DNA of 64,000 nt. Origin: Octopus sinensis (Eukaryota). Positions 14,440 through 29,155 of this stretch are shown one piece after another (the stretch's first letter is position 1; each line of letters opens with the position of its first letter). The position numbers were made by a program, and so were the translations under genes. The notes under the pieces are model-generated. The model saw only the letters and a program-made list of their open reading frames with translations, searched no databases and was not told the origin of the DNA. The stretch is taken from the NCBI RefSeq assembly GCF_006345805.1, contig NC_042999.1, forward strand, positions 110,856,001 through 110,920,000. The letters are read 5' to 3'.

Positions 14440-14688
14440 TTTCCTTGACATCATTGCCACCAGAATTCCTATAAGCATTCTCATCATTTTCATCAACACT
14501 TTCTTCATTATTTCTGAAGTCTATATTGTAATAATAATAGTAATAATGATAATAATGATGATTTCAAATTTTGGCACAAGGCTAGCAACTTCAGGGGTGG
14601 AGCTAAGTCAATCACATTGACCCCAGTTTTCAGCAGGTACTTACTTTATCGACCCTGAAAGGATGAAAGGTAAAGCCAACTTTGGCAG

Positions 14689-14743
<55 letters not shown>

Positions 14744-14753
14744 GAAGAAGAAG

Positions 14754-14785
<32 letters not shown>

Positions 14786-14921
14786 CAATAATAATAATAA
14801 TAACAACAACAACAACAATAATAATAATTAAAAGTAAGATGCCAGGTCAATACATATAGAGATCTCTAGATTTGGGCATTGTATTGTGCTACTGTGTTGG
14901 TAAGCATATGTATGTGGCCTA

Positions 14922-15230
14922 AAGCTATATGGCGCAGTGGTTAGAGCATCGGCCTCACAATCATGAGATAGTAAATTCAATTCTTGGACCAGGCTGTGTG
15001 TTGTGTTCTTGAGCAAGACACTTTGTTTCATGTTGCTCCAGTTCACTTAGCTGTAGAAATGAGTTGTGACATCACAGGTGCCAAGCTGTATCAACTTTGC
15101 TTTTCCTTTGGATAATATCAGTGGCATTGAGAGGGAGGCTGATATGCATGGGTGACAGCTAGTCTTCCATAAACAAACTTGCCCGGACTTGTGCCATGGA
15201 GAGTAACTTTCTAGGTGCAATACCATGGTC
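14922..15230 (+). mobile_element. tRNA-derived SINE (family E)
   Basis: GCAGTGGTTAGAGCA..GTGTTCTTGAGCAAGACACTT..CTTTCTAGGTGCAAT. Other copies lie at about 40195-40540-, 45225-45555- and 48370-48580-. Confidence 0.8.
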
Positions 15231-15263
15231 TTTACCCTTTTAGAAAAAAACAAAAAATTATTG

Positions 15264-15294
<31 letters not shown>

Positions 15295-15690
15295 CCCACT
15301 ACAGAAATACGTTGTGCTGAAATCGAGGAAAGTTAGCCAACAGAATTTTTATAAAAAGTTCGTTATTTCTATATTGAATCAATTTCGGAATTAATCTCAT
15401 AATAGATTTTTTCCTCGTCAGTAGAAAATACGAATAGAAATAAATGAAATACTTACACGCGCCCATGGAAAAAAGCCGAAGCAAAAGTCATAAGTACACA
15501 TAAGTACCCCAGATATATCTAAATATAAAATCCTTTGGTTAGCCTCAGCACACGTGTGAACTGTTCTTCACCACAGCTTATAGTGGTTACCAGTCCCTAT
15601 AGCGAATAGTAATAAATCTACTACTAATATAGGATGAAGTTTTTTTACAGAATGAAGGTATTTTATATATATATATATATTTATATATAT

Positions 15691-15877
<187 letters not shown>

Positions 15878-17549
15878 TGTATATAGAGAGAGCCACCATG
15901 CCTTATTAACAAAGATCACCATTAATGATCTGAATGTTTCTTGTAAATATGTGATTTTTGATCAGAAAAATACATTCATATCTCATAAGATGGGAAGCTG
16001 TTACAATAATTTATTTTCTGTATGATTTTAGCACACAAAAAGTGCTCAACATCAAATAATAAATTGAAATCAAATTGAAACTCAAATGAAGAAGTTTTTA
16101 TATAAATCAATACCAATCTAAAAAGATATATCACCATTTAGTTTAACAAATACCATCTCCAAAACAATGTTGAATGCAATATCTAAGTAAAAACATATGT
16201 ACTTGCATAATACATAGAATTTGTTATAGAACACAAATTGAAACAGATATCAAAATAAACATACATAGATTAGACCAATTTCTGTTGTGTGTTCTAAGTG
16301 TATGTCAATACATTTTAGTTTTTTCACAAAATTCATTAACTTCAAATGTAGATATAAATAATAGCTCATAAAATTTCAGGTAAAAAATCCTTAGACAGAA
16401 AGCAATGGACAAAGTTATCCTTGGGAATTATTCCGTGTCAGTCATAAATTGGATAGCTGTGATACCACTACATCTGAAAGTAATATAAATAAATCTTTTA
16501 CTTTTATATTGCAATGAACACTATTTTTTTTTCTTTTTGGTGTAAGAAGTTTGCTTTCCAACCACATGGTTCTGGGTTCTGTCCCACTGTGTGGCACCTT
16601 GAGTGAGTGTCTTCTACTATAGCCTTGGGCTGACCAAAACCTTGTAAATGGATTTGGTAGATGGAAACTAAAAGAAGCCTATCATATATGTATGTGTGTG
16701 TGTGTGTGCGTGTGTGTGTGTGTGCGTGTGTGTGTGTGTGTATCTGTGTTTGTCCCCCACCACTGCTTGACAACCAGTGCCAGTGTGTTTATGTCCCTGT
16801 AACTTAGCCGTTCAGCAAAGGCGGCTGATAGAATGAATACTAGGTTTAACTAAGAAATAAGTACTGGGGTTGATTCATTCAACACCTATTAATTCTACAA
16901 GGTGGTACCCCAGCATGCCTGCGGTTTAATGACTGTAACAAGTAAAAAAAACAAAAAAAAATATGCAATTTCCTGAATAGAAAACTATAGCCATCACTGT
17001 AACTAACCTATGGACTTTAAGAGATAGACTAAACTGGCGAAAGAATGCAACATGGCCAGGGAGTCATAATGCATGGCTTGCACATGATATTTCTAAGAAT
17101 GTAGGTCCATATTTCATACTTTATTATTCAGCTGACTACCTGATGCCATATAGGATTGGTAGATCAAAGATGATCTGGAACTACACAGAAACAACAAAAT
17201 CTGCACTTAGTCCCATTAATTAATTCACCTATGTGACTAGCACCCAATACTTGGATTGCTATGCAAGTTAGATAAACTAATCTAGTTCTGTCTCACTATG
17301 TATATATAATAAATATTTATTAACTACAAATATATTTGGGGTCAGGAATGGACAACAAATCTCTGATAAAATTTTTACAATAACTGAAGCTGGTGAAGCT
17401 TTTACTATTTCTGGATACACGTGGTTAAAAATTAATGATCTAACCATGATGTTTTCTTATTTCTAGCATGGCTAAATGTGTTTAATAAGTTTACCGTACA
17501 TTTCTACATATTTAATCATTTTGTAGAGTTTTATTAATTCATTTATATA

Positions 17550-18777
17550 CAGGGTGCATAAGGTATTTGAGGACATGCCTTTCTTTAGGTCATTGCTGCA
17601 TTTTTTACTAACTCTGTATAATGTTTGTTTCAGAAAATAATAAAGGTAGACCCTCAGCATACTCAGGAAATGAAGAGTCATGCTGTTATTGTGGTTATAA
17701 AGGCTGAGCATAGCAATATAGAAATATCTTGATTTTTAAAAGTCGCCAGATCGTTCATCTACAAAGTTTGTAAGGAGCTAGAGACTGAGGATAGAAATGT
17801 ATCACCAGTATCAAAACAAAAAGCATTCTAAATTGCTCTGAAATCATCAGAACACCTGAATTTATCCAGTAAGTTCAACAGACCATTGATTACAATTCCA
17901 GAAAGTTCATGGGATCAATTGCAAAAGATCTCCAGGTGTCAGAAGGAACAGTCAGAAATGTTGTCAATGAAGACATCAGATATAAGTCTAATATGATGAA
18001 GAAAGGTCAATTTGTCAGAAAAGACAAAAGAAAATCACTACATCAGATCTAAAAGGCTCTTAAACAAACTGAAAAATCCAGCAGAAATAGATTTGATTTG
18101 GTTTTTCTCAAATGAGAAAAGCTTTGACCAAGATCAAAAAGTTAACAGATAAAATGACAGATGGTTATGTGCAGACCTTTCTGAAGTTTCAAGTGTTATG
18201 CATACAAAATTTCCTGCAACTGTCATGGTTTTAGCAGTTGTCGGCAATGAAGGATATATGATGCCTCCTTACTTCTTTCTGCGAGACCTTAGATTTAAAT
18301 CTGCCAGCTACATTGAGGTCCTGAAAATAATTGTTAAGTCCTGGATAGACAGTATATGCAATGGAAGGCTATATGTGTTTCAGTAAGACTTTGCACTATC
18401 GCACATGACTCTAGTAACACAGGAATGGATGGCTGAAAATTTTCATGATCACATAACTACTAACATTTGGCCTCCTAATTCCCCAAATATCAATCCATTG
18501 GACTATTACATGTGGAGTGAAAGATTCTTTGAAAGCTGCTATAGTCAGAGTAATGTCTAAAATGAAGCAGGACGACTTTATTTGAGCATATAGATGATTT
18601 AGATCTCATACAGAAGCAGTTGTTGAAGCTGAAGATGACTTTAGTGAATAACATCATAGAAAATGAGTTTTATTATTATCTTCATAGCATGTTTGATAAA
18701 TAAAGATATCATCTGTTATCATATATCTGTTTTTTTTTATAAACATAAATCTGTCCTCAAATATCTTATGTACCCTG
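17550..18777 (+). mobile_element. Tc1/mariner maT-type (DD37D) DNA transposon, full length but decayed
   Basis: TIRs of about 27 bp (CAGGGTGCATAAGGTATTTGAGGACA / TGTCCTCAAATATCTTATGTACCCTG) are flanked by TA. Relic transposase WFFSNEK..HTKFPATVMVL..YVFQ*DFALSH..WPPNSPNINPLDY has 37 residues between the last two D, with several stops and frameshifts. Confidence 0.9.
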
Positions 18778-19751
18778 TATATACACACTCACTCACACAC
18801 ACACACATACACACACACGCACACACACACACACACACACACATGCTTATATACATACAAACACACATACATACATAACTAAATACATATTTACAACCTA
18901 TAGCTTGAGATAGAAATGTGTGAGTGTGTGTGTGTGTGCATGTGTTGTATTATCAAAATATGAATGTCTAAAAATTTAATCAGTTTTGTTAATGATTTTT
19001 CACATTTTATAATTAGCCCTTAATATTCCATTCAGAACAATAATGTTTGTAAATCTAACGACACTTAAAGACTTTCTCAATTTCATTTTCTGAATGAAGA
19101 CGGGAAAGGAAATAGGGAAAAATTATTAACCTTGAACAGTGTCATGTTTCAAATATGACGTTTGAAAGAAAGGCTGCATATACATACATACATACATACA
19201 TATATACATATATACATACATACATACATACATACATACATACATACATACATACATACGTACGTACGTACGTACATACATACATACATACATACATACG
19301 TACAGACGTACATAAATAAATAAATAAATACATACATACATACAAACATATAAATATTATATATATATATATATACACACATCCACACACACATACACAT
19401 AATACATATGTATATATTATATATGTGTGTATATGTGTGCGAACGTGTGTCTGCATGTGCATGTGCGTGTGTGTGTATATATATATATGAACATATAAAT
19501 ACATATATACATACATCATCAATATATAAATAAATCTATAGGCATGTGTCATATGTGAGCATATTTTTATATATGCATGTGTGTATAAATGTATATCTAT
19601 CTACCTATCTTTCTATCTATCAGTCTGTCTATCTATCTTTCTCTCTCCCTATGTGTGTATATATATATGCTTACATATATATACACACATATTTATATGC
19701 ATGTATATATATATAGGCATATATATAAATGTAAATATAATTATATATATA

Positions 19752-19804
<53 letters not shown>

Positions 19805-20416
19805 TATATATAAATATAAATATATATATGTGTGTGTGTGTATTATATATGCATATATATATATGCTTGATGAAGGTTGTATATTGATAACAAAGGAATA
19901 AGATTACTACAAGATAGAATGAGAATGGATCATTTATTTTCTTTTTTTATTTGTCCTCTATGTTAATTATAATTGTGGGTATATAATTACACCTGAGCAG
20001 AGGATGAGAAAAGGTGAAACAGAAGTGGGTGGGGACTAAACAAATGAAGAAGGAAGAAATAATAAATAGGTGAAAGAAAAGGAAAACTTGCATAGATTGA
20101 GATAGAAATATGAAGAAAGATAGGAGAAATTTGGGGAGCGGGGAAAAAAAAGTAGAACTCCAACTTGAATATGTGAAATAGAGAAATCAGGCAAAGAAGA
20201 TGGGAAAGAAATAGTCAAAAGGAGAGGAAGAGAATAAGAAGGAAAAAATATGAGACATAAAATGTCAAATGAAGAAGGAAAAAGAGTGAGATAAGTAAAA
20301 ATATTTGGAATTTGAGATAGATTACATACATAGTAGATACCAATGCATGGATAAATAGATAAATAGACAGAGACAGAAAAATGGCTAAATAGACAGGCTA
20401 ACAGACAGGCAGATTA

Positions 20417-20465
<49 letters not shown>

Positions 20466-20518
20466 GAGATATATAGATACACTGATTGATTGATTGATTA
20501 ATTGATTGATAGAGAGAA

Positions 20519-20555
<37 letters not shown>

Positions 20556-21234
20556 TTAGATAAAACATATATATATATATACATAGAGAGAAAAAAAGAT
20601 GGAAATATATGAATACATAAATAAATGGAGATAAACAGATATGTGGGTAGGTAAATAAATATATATATATGTATGCATACACACACGCACACACACACAC
20701 ACACATACACATATCAGTATAGTGATAGATAAATAGACAGTTGGATGGGAAGACCATTTGATAAATAGATAGCGAAATAGATGGATCAACAGATATCGCT
20801 GCATAGATGGATGAATGGATAAAGGGATATTCAAAGGAAACAATTAGTAATAAGGTTAAGAGTTGGAAAGACCCATAGAGACAGAGAAGCAGAAGGAGAT
20901 AGGAATCAAAGACTAAGGCTAAGTGCACAAATCAAAGTCAAATGCAAGTTGTTACTTCCTACCCATCTGTATATCACATATATTATCATATCTCTCATGT
21001 TTTATATGTATATCTGTCTTTATAGCTGTCTCTCACTCTCACTATGTTTGAAAATATAAGGACACAGATAGTGTGTCGTATAGCCAGCTAGAATCGATGT
21101 TTTTTGGGGCTAAAACAACAGTAACATCATCCCTTTCAGGACAGCTACATTATGTTGGCAAATAGCATTTACTTTAAAGAAATGTTACTGAATATCTCTC
21201 TTTGAGAGATTTAGAAATAATATTCTATTTTTAG

Positions 21235-21485
21235 GCACAGGAGTGGCCGTGTGGTAAGTAGCTTGCTTATCAACCACATGGTTTCGGGTTCAGTCTCACT
21301 GCGTGGCACCTTGGGTAAGTGTTTTCTACTGTAGTCTTGGGCAGACCAAAGCCTTGTGAATGGATTTGGTAGACAGAAACTGAAAGAAGCCTATCGTATA
21401 TATATATATATTATATATATATATATACGACGGCTTCTTATATATATATATATATATATAATATATATATATACGACAGGCTTCT

Positions 21486-21516
<31 letters not shown>

Positions 21517-21740
21517 TATAATATATATATATATATTATATATATATATATGTTTGTGTGTCTGTGTTTGAACCACTACCATCGCTTGACAACTGTTGTT
21601 GTTGTGTTTAATACCCTGTAACATTAGCGGTTCGGCAAAAGAGATTGATAGAATAAGTACTAGGCTTACAAAGAATAAGTCCTGGGGTTGATTTCTTTGA
21701 CTAAAAGGCAGTGCTCCAGCATGGCAGCAGTCAGATGATT
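21235..21740 (+). mobile_element. SINE family A with a rearranged internal microsatellite
   Basis: Family A head and tail are present, with inverted fragments inside the (TA)n. Confidence 0.85.
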
Positions 21741-21847
21741 AACAACAAATACATATGTATATATGAATATATACATATATATATGAGTATTATATGTATG
21801 TATGTATGTGTATATGTATATATATATCATCATCATCATCATCATCA

Positions 21848-22335
21848 TTGTCATCATCATTGTTTAATGACTGCCTTCCATGCTGGCATGGGTTGCACGG
21901 TTTGACATGGACTTGTCTAGCAGGGAGCTATCTGTTGTTGCATGGTTTCTATGGCTTGATGCCCTTCCTAATGCCAACCACTTAACAAAGTGTGCTGGGT
22001 GCTTTTTATATGCCACCAGCACAGGTGCATTTATGCAACACTAGTATCGGTGCATTCACACAGTACCGACACAGGTGCTATTTATGTGGCACCAGCACCT
22101 GAAAGGACAACCTTGTATGTGTGAAAGACAGCAACTTTACTTAGCTTTACATGTCTTACCAAGTACAGCAAATTGCCACAACCCTCAGTTCCTCATCATT
22201 TCCTCACTGAGGCCCAGTGTCCAAAGATTCTTTCTCACCACATCATCCCATGTCTCCCTGGGTCTATCCCTTCAACAGGTCACCTCCATTACTAGAACCT
22301 GGCACTTCTTTCTGCGGCTGTCCTCATATTCATTT
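21848..22335 (-). mobile_element. 5'-truncated RTE-clade LINE 3' end with 3'UTR and (GAT)n tail
   Basis: KKCQVLVMEVTC*RDRPRETWDDVVRKNLWTLGLSEEMMRN*GLWQFAVLGKT, then a UTR with GGCA..TAAAAAGCACC and a (GAT)n tail. Confidence 0.8.
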
Positions 22336-22612
22336 ATCATTTTTTAAACAGGAAGTCGCTATTGTTAACAGTGACTTCAAAGTGATATTTTTGTTTAACA
22401 ATAATAAATTTGTACTCTACAAAAGTATAGCGTAACCATCATATTTAATATAAAATTGTTTTTGTAATAAGTGAAAGTAGAAACAAACATTAACATGCGT
22501 ACACACACACACACACACACACATACACATTTACATACATATGTATATTGATAGTAGCTCTAGCCCATGGCTTGCAGTATATATATATGCATAAAAATAC
22601 ATACATATGTAT

Positions 22613-22644
<32 letters not shown>

Positions 22645-22668
22645 GTATACACACAGACATACATATGA

Positions 22669-22711
<43 letters not shown>

Positions 22712-22861
22712 ATATATATATACATACATACTAAATATATGTATATATATATATATACATATATACATATTTGTGCATGTATGTGTTTGTGTCTGTGTGT
22801 ATGTATGGATGTGTGTGTCTGTATATTTCATAAACAAATGCATATTATCTCTCTCTCTCTC

Positions 22862-22902
<41 letters not shown>

Positions 22903-23508
22903 ATGTATGCATATGTATTTGTGTGCATGTATATATGTATATGAACAAAAAATTAGAACATAAATTGACAGCAGAATGTTATAAAAATATAGATAGGACA
23001 AAGACGAGAGGAGACATAGAGAAAGAATAAAATGTGTATGAAGGCAGGAGAGAAAAAATAATGAACATGTGAATATACTTAGGTAAGTTTATTTATTAAA
23101 CATAGATTTATATACATACATACATAGATACAGAAATATGTATATACTCATGCAAAAATAATACATACTTGCATGCATGTATTCATAACTACATACATAC
23201 ATGCTCAACTTCATACACTTTTTTTTTTTAGCTCATTTGGATTTACACACATAAATATATGACGTTTTGAACATATCTTTTGTAATATTTTTTTTATTTA
23301 TCATCTTAGATCTAAAGAATTTCCAGATAAAAAAAAAATTTTCCAAGGATTAACACAGTAAAATAGCTTAATATAGATGAAAGTATATGGTAAATTGAAT
23401 AATCATATATCATCTTAATTAATAATTATGATCTAGTAATTATACATCTACCCCAGCCCCTACATTCAAATAATCACACTCTCATTTACAACTCTATTTA
23501 TATGTATG

Positions 23509-23590
<82 letters not shown>

Positions 23591-23628
23591 GATGAAACAC
23601 ATGTGAATATACATAGCTTAATATATGT

Positions 23629-23952
23629 GAAGGCATGTAGCTGAGTGGTTAGGGTATTTGGCTCATAAACATAAGGTCGTGAGTTCAATTCTTGGTGATG
23701 AATTGTGTCCTTTAGCATGACATTTTATTTCACATTGCTCCAGTTCACTCATCTGACAAAAATGAGTAGTACCTGTATTTGAAAAGGGACAACCTTGTTA
23801 TCTTTTGTGTATCATGCTGAATCTCCCCGAGAACTACATTAAGTATATGTGTGTCTGTGGAGTGCTCAACCTCTTGCATGTTAATTTCATGACCAGGCTG
23901 TTCTGTTGATTGGATCAACTGAAACCCTTGCCATTGTAACCAACTGGGTGCC

Positions 23953-23953
<1 letters not shown>
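23629..23953 (+). mobile_element. tRNA-derived SINE (family F)
   Basis: tRNA-like head plus a body containing GAGAACTACATTAAG..GTCTGTGGAGTGCTCA. A second copy lies at 60249-60567+. Confidence 0.8.
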
Positions 23954-23980
<27 letters not shown>

Positions 23981-23984
<4 letters not shown>

Positions 23985-24523
23985 AACAATTCATAAATAA
24001 GGGCAAACGAAAAAATTTCTAATGCCAAATATGCCAAAAAATTGGATATATTGTCCATTAACCATTTAATTTTTTCACAATACGCATGCTACTCGAAAAA
24101 AGGCTGACAGAAATTTCTTAAAATTTCCATTATTACCATATCGGACCAATTTCAGGGTTAGCTCATAACAGCCCTCCCTTCGTCAGGGATACATGTGGCA
24201 AAAGAAATAAATGAGATACTTACTCATACCCATGGAAGAAGCAAACACTAAGTCATGAGCACAATTAAGTACCCCAAATACATCCAAAATAGAAATACTC
24301 TTTTGCCACATGTATCACTGACAAAGGGAGGGCTGTTATGAGCTAACCCTGAAATCGGTCCGATATGGTAATAATGGAATTTTTTAGAAATTTCTGTCAG
24401 CCTTTTTTCGAGTAGCGTGCGTATTGTGAAAAAATTATATGGTTAATGGACAATATGTCCAATTTTTCGGCATATTTGGCATTAGAAATTTTTTCGTTTG
24501 CCCTTATTTATGAATTGTTTATA
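23981..24523. mobile_element. MITE / fold-back element with 225-bp inverted arms
   Basis: 23981-24205 is a near-perfect reverse complement of 24299-24523, with a 93-bp spacer. Confidence 0.9.
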
Positions 24524-25000
24524 AATTTAACCTTTAAAGGTATTTTTTAATATGCTGGCCATTGATAAAATTTTTTTCTAAAACAATTTTATCCTACATT
24601 AAATATATGTATATATATATATATATACATATATGTGTGTATGTGTGTGCAGTCAGTAAGCAGAGCTATTAGAACATCAGATAAAACATGTGTCCAACCT
24701 ATTTTCAAATCCCCACTGTAAAGTACTTTGTCTTCCATTGTGTTTGGCAACAGTAAAACAATAAAATAAGTACAAATCAGTTAAAAAGCAAAAGTAAAAT
24801 CACCTTCTCAAGTCATACTGACTCACAAAGTCTGGTTTTCTGGTTTCCTTGAGTTATAAATTCTGCACCTGGATGGGACACTGGTCCATCTCAAGATTAC
24901 TCATTTTTGCCATCTGAGTGGACTGGAGCAACATAAAGTGAAGTACATCATTTACACTATTTACATTTGACGGAAGCTTGTCCTCATCTTGTTTGTTGTT

Positions 25001-25046
25001 AACACAACGTTTCGGCTGATATACTCTCCTGCCTTCTTCAGATGTC
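25001..25046 (-). ncRNA. Minimal type I hammerhead ribozyme motif (Penelope-associated type)
   Basis: GACAU-CUGAAGA-A-GGC[14 nt]GCC-GAAA-CG-UU-GUGUU. Helix III is the palindrome ACGU. Confidence 0.6.
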
Positions 25047-25115
25047 TTGGGGAAATTCTGAACCTGGGTTTTCATTCCTAAGGTGTTTTTCGATCTTATT
25101 ATTATTATTATTATC

Positions 25116-25154
<39 letters not shown>

Positions 25155-25177
25155 GTTATTATTGTTATTGTTATTGT

Positions 25178-25255
25178 TCAGGTCACTGCTTGGAATCGAA
25201 CTCAGAATCTTGGGGTTAGTAGCTCGTGCTCTTAACCACTACGTTATATGCCTGT
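25178..25255 (-). mobile_element. Short tRNA-like SINE head with (AAT)n tail
   Basis: GGCATATAACGTAGTGGTTAAGAGCAC..GAGTTCGATTCCAAGCAGTGACC followed by (AAY)n. Confidence 0.6.
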
Positions 25256-25504
25256 GAAGTGTTTGCTAAAGAATACAATGTGCTGGCTGGTTCAGGTATC
25301 GAAACCACAATCTTATGATCAACACCCTAACCACTAAGCCATGCACCTCCACTTGTCCAGTATTGGTGCAGTCCTCTCACCCAGAAACTGGCATATCTGA
25401 ATGGTTCCTTGATTCAAGAATTTAAGGGTTGAGATTGGGTTTGTGTCTGCTCATAGCTACATAAAACAATTAGCAAATGCCTGGTATAGATAAGCATATA
25501 TTCT

Positions 25505-26050
25505 TTTATCCTTTTATTTGTTTCAGTCATTTGATTGCGGCCATGCTGGAGCTCCACCTTCAGTCAAACAAATTGACCCCAGGACTTATTCTTTGTAAAC
25601 CTAGTACTTATTCTAACACACCAGCATTGGTTGTCAAGTGATGGCGGGGGTGGGGGACAAACACAAACATACAAATACATATACGAGTCGTCTATAATTA
25701 ATCCAGAGGCTGGGTTTTCGTTATTTTCTGCCTTGTTTTGCCATATACAGCTTACAAATTCTGTTTGTTTGTGGAGACTTTTTACTAGTAGAGGAAATAG
25801 TGACCAATTTTGGCTGCTATTTCTAATATTTTCGGTATGTGGTTTTGAGCAACTTGTTGCATTTAACCCTTTATTATAATTATATATATATATATATATT
25901 TACACTCTTCTTTCAGTTTCTGTCTACCAAATCCACTCACAAGGCTTTGGTTGGCTTGAGAAGACACTTGCCCAAGGTGCCACACAATGAGACTGAACCC
26001 AGAACCATGTGGTTGGGAAGCAAGCTTCTGACCACACAGCCACTCTTACA
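25505..26050 (-). mobile_element. SINE family A split by ~185 bp of unrelated sequence
   Basis: Tail at 25505-25680, head at 25905-26050, with foreign sequence at about 25683-25868. Confidence 0.7.
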
Positions 26051-27589
26051 TCTATATGCACATAAATACATATACATATATGAACATATGTACATACATA
26101 TATTCATGCATACAGACACACTTATATACATACATATGTACATACATAAGTTGATACATTCTTACATACAAACATAGATACATACATGCATACATACATA
26201 TATACATACATACAAATATACATACATACATACATACATACATACATACATACATACATACATACATAGATGCCTTTTCAGTGTCCTATCAAATTCACTA
26301 ACTAGGCCTTTGTTGGCCCTGGGCTACAAGAGAAGACCTTTATCCAAGATGGCATGCAGTGGGAAGGAAGTGTGTATGCATGTGTGCATATGTGAAAGGA
26401 CAAGAGAGAGAGAGAGAATGAGAGAGAATGAGAGAGAGAGAGAGAGGGAGAGAGAGAAAGAATGAGAGAGAAAGAATGAGAGAGAATGAGACAGAGAGAG
26501 AGAGAGAGTCATACAGACAGGCAGAGACAGAGACAGAGATGAAAATAGTTCCACAGTTTGACTTGTGATAAATGTAGCAGTAAAAAGCATTTTTAACTAA
26601 ACAGTTTTATTTTTTATGTTCTCCACTGGTTTTAGTGCAAGGGCTAACATATAAACCTACGAATATGTAGCACCTTGAGTTCTGATTATTTCTTATGTGA
26701 CAACATCACACTATGTTGCAGTCTTTTCACTGTTTTTTACTAAAGACTTTAATTAACACCATCATTATCCTGATCACGAAAATCAGGAAATCAGTGATGA
26801 TGATGATGATGATGATGATGATGGTGCCACTGATGCTGTTGATGAGAAAGGTGATGGTGATGATGATGGTGATGATGATGATGATGATAATGACGATGAG
26901 AATGACGACGACGATGATGATGGTGGTTGTTGTGTTGTTGGTGATGATGATGATGATGACGATCACCATGACGATGTCAACGACGACGATGATAATGATG
27001 AGGATGATGATGACAATGATGATGATGATGAGAAGGAGGAGGACAATGACAAGGTATGCAAAGTTCGTTAGTTAACACCTCCCATTCACTTTTGGCAAAC
27101 TTGTACAACAAAAAAAACATCATATCACGGCCATCTTCATCCACATTATCATTGTCCTTATTTCCTCCTCTGCTTTCATTTCACTTTTCCCCCTTTTTCA
27201 TCATCATCATCATCCTTCTCAACATTATGAGAAAAGCAATCATCATTGTCATCATTGTTTTCATTATCATCTTCATCATCATCACCGTTGTCATCATCGT
27301 TATTATCATTGTTGTCTTATCCCAACTATTCTCCACTGTCACTCTCATCACTGCCATCTAATCCAGTCTTACATCATGAAATGCTGCAATTTCTTATTAA
27401 TACTTGTATTTGAAATCTTTACATAAGAACATGGTAAATCCAGGATTTTTCTCTACCTTTCCAAAATATTATCAAAATTTACTATCTATATCATTGACAA
27501 ATATCAATTGTAAGAGTTGCAATGTGAGTTTGATGCTGATTTCATGATCAAAGTTTCACTTGAACTGAACTATTTTGCTAATTTCTCAC

Positions 27590-27670
27590 ACAGTTTGCTT
27601 TGGATTTTCTTCAACTACATTTTTTTTCAAAAGCTCAGTATTGACAGAATTTGTCCAGATTAAGGGTAAT
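27590..27670 (-). CDS. Candidate internal exon (phase 2 to 2)
   Basis: Acceptor tttctctcttgcag, donor gtgaga. The only open frame reads LPLIWTNSVNTELLKKNVVEENPKQT. Confidence 0.4.
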
Positions 27671-28970
27671 CTGCAAGAGAGAAATTTTCTTGAGGAAAAA
27701 ATGATCATGTCCAATGAGTCTGGGCTAAACTCATTTCAAAAGGATAGAACTTATATTAACTTAACTTCTATGGTATAAAGTATTCTATAAAGACTAACAA
27801 AAAAATTAAGAATGTGAAATTAATACATATTTTACATAAATATTGAAAAGGTACCCACAAAATAATTATGGCAAAAATGTGAGAGGTTTTTTTTCCTAAC
27901 ATAATATGTATGTTTGTGTATAATATGGTATTATTTGATTCTCTGTCTGAAGAATTTCTAATAGGATATTTCTTACATGTCTATCTAAGATGTTAATCTT
28001 TGTAATGTCTATTAGCAAATGAAACATGTGTAATAGTAAATAAATAATATGAAAAAGTTTCTAGAATCCTGTTTTGTTGTATGTATGTATGTATGTATGT
28101 ATGTATGTATGTATGTATGTATGTATGTATGTATGTTTGTACATGTGTATGTATGTATGTATGTATGTATGTGTGTATGCATGGATATATAATAATTAAT
28201 TTGAAATTTCTAATCATGGAGAGTAATCACAACCTGATGAGTACAAGTGCTTATTTGAACTTGAAATTAATTGTTGTTACAGACATTTAGATGAGAAATT
28301 GTAATATATTTAGGAACCTATATACAGAACTTCATTCTCTAAAATGTATCCTGATAACGACTGTAAATGTGATAAGAGAAAGATTTAGCTTCTATTTCTA
28401 GCCTCATATCAGAACTTTTCAAGTAAAGCTATTAGCTATCCAGTGCCTGGAACACTTTTGGCATCACTGAAAATGTTATGCAATGTTTTTTCAAGGAGAT
28501 AGGATATGATACGAGGTAGATTGTGGTGATCTTTCTAGCAGTTTGAAAGACCATACTTAATGCTTTTCTCTGTCTGTGAAGAAGATAGAAATTCATAGCT
28601 TCAGGGATCAGTATTAAGCAAAGGCTCATAATCCACCGTCTGAGTAAAGTCTAACTATATTTGCCATTTATCTCACTTATTATCTAAGTAATATTCTGCA
28701 TGGCATGGCAAGGCATATGTTTTTTATGTCAGTGCCATAAACTACAAGAATTCCAAGTGCTTTTACTGTAGATTTAGAAATGCAAAACAGATAACTAGAT
28801 GAATCTCTTTATACATAAGGTCTGTTAAGGAAATTGAAACTTTTCACTTGCATTGACATTTTGTAAGTCTGAAGAAAAAGAAGTAGGAAAGAAAATAGAA
28901 TTGTTATACACTTCAGTATTTAACTTACAGTTACCAATGTCAGAAGGAATAATAATAATAACGGTAGTAA

Positions 28971-29033
<63 letters not shown>

Positions 29034-29093
29034 CAGCAGCAGAAGCAGCAGAAGCAGTAGCAGCAGCAGCAGCAGTAGTAGTGGTGGTGGTGA

Positions 29094-29155
<62 letters not shown>

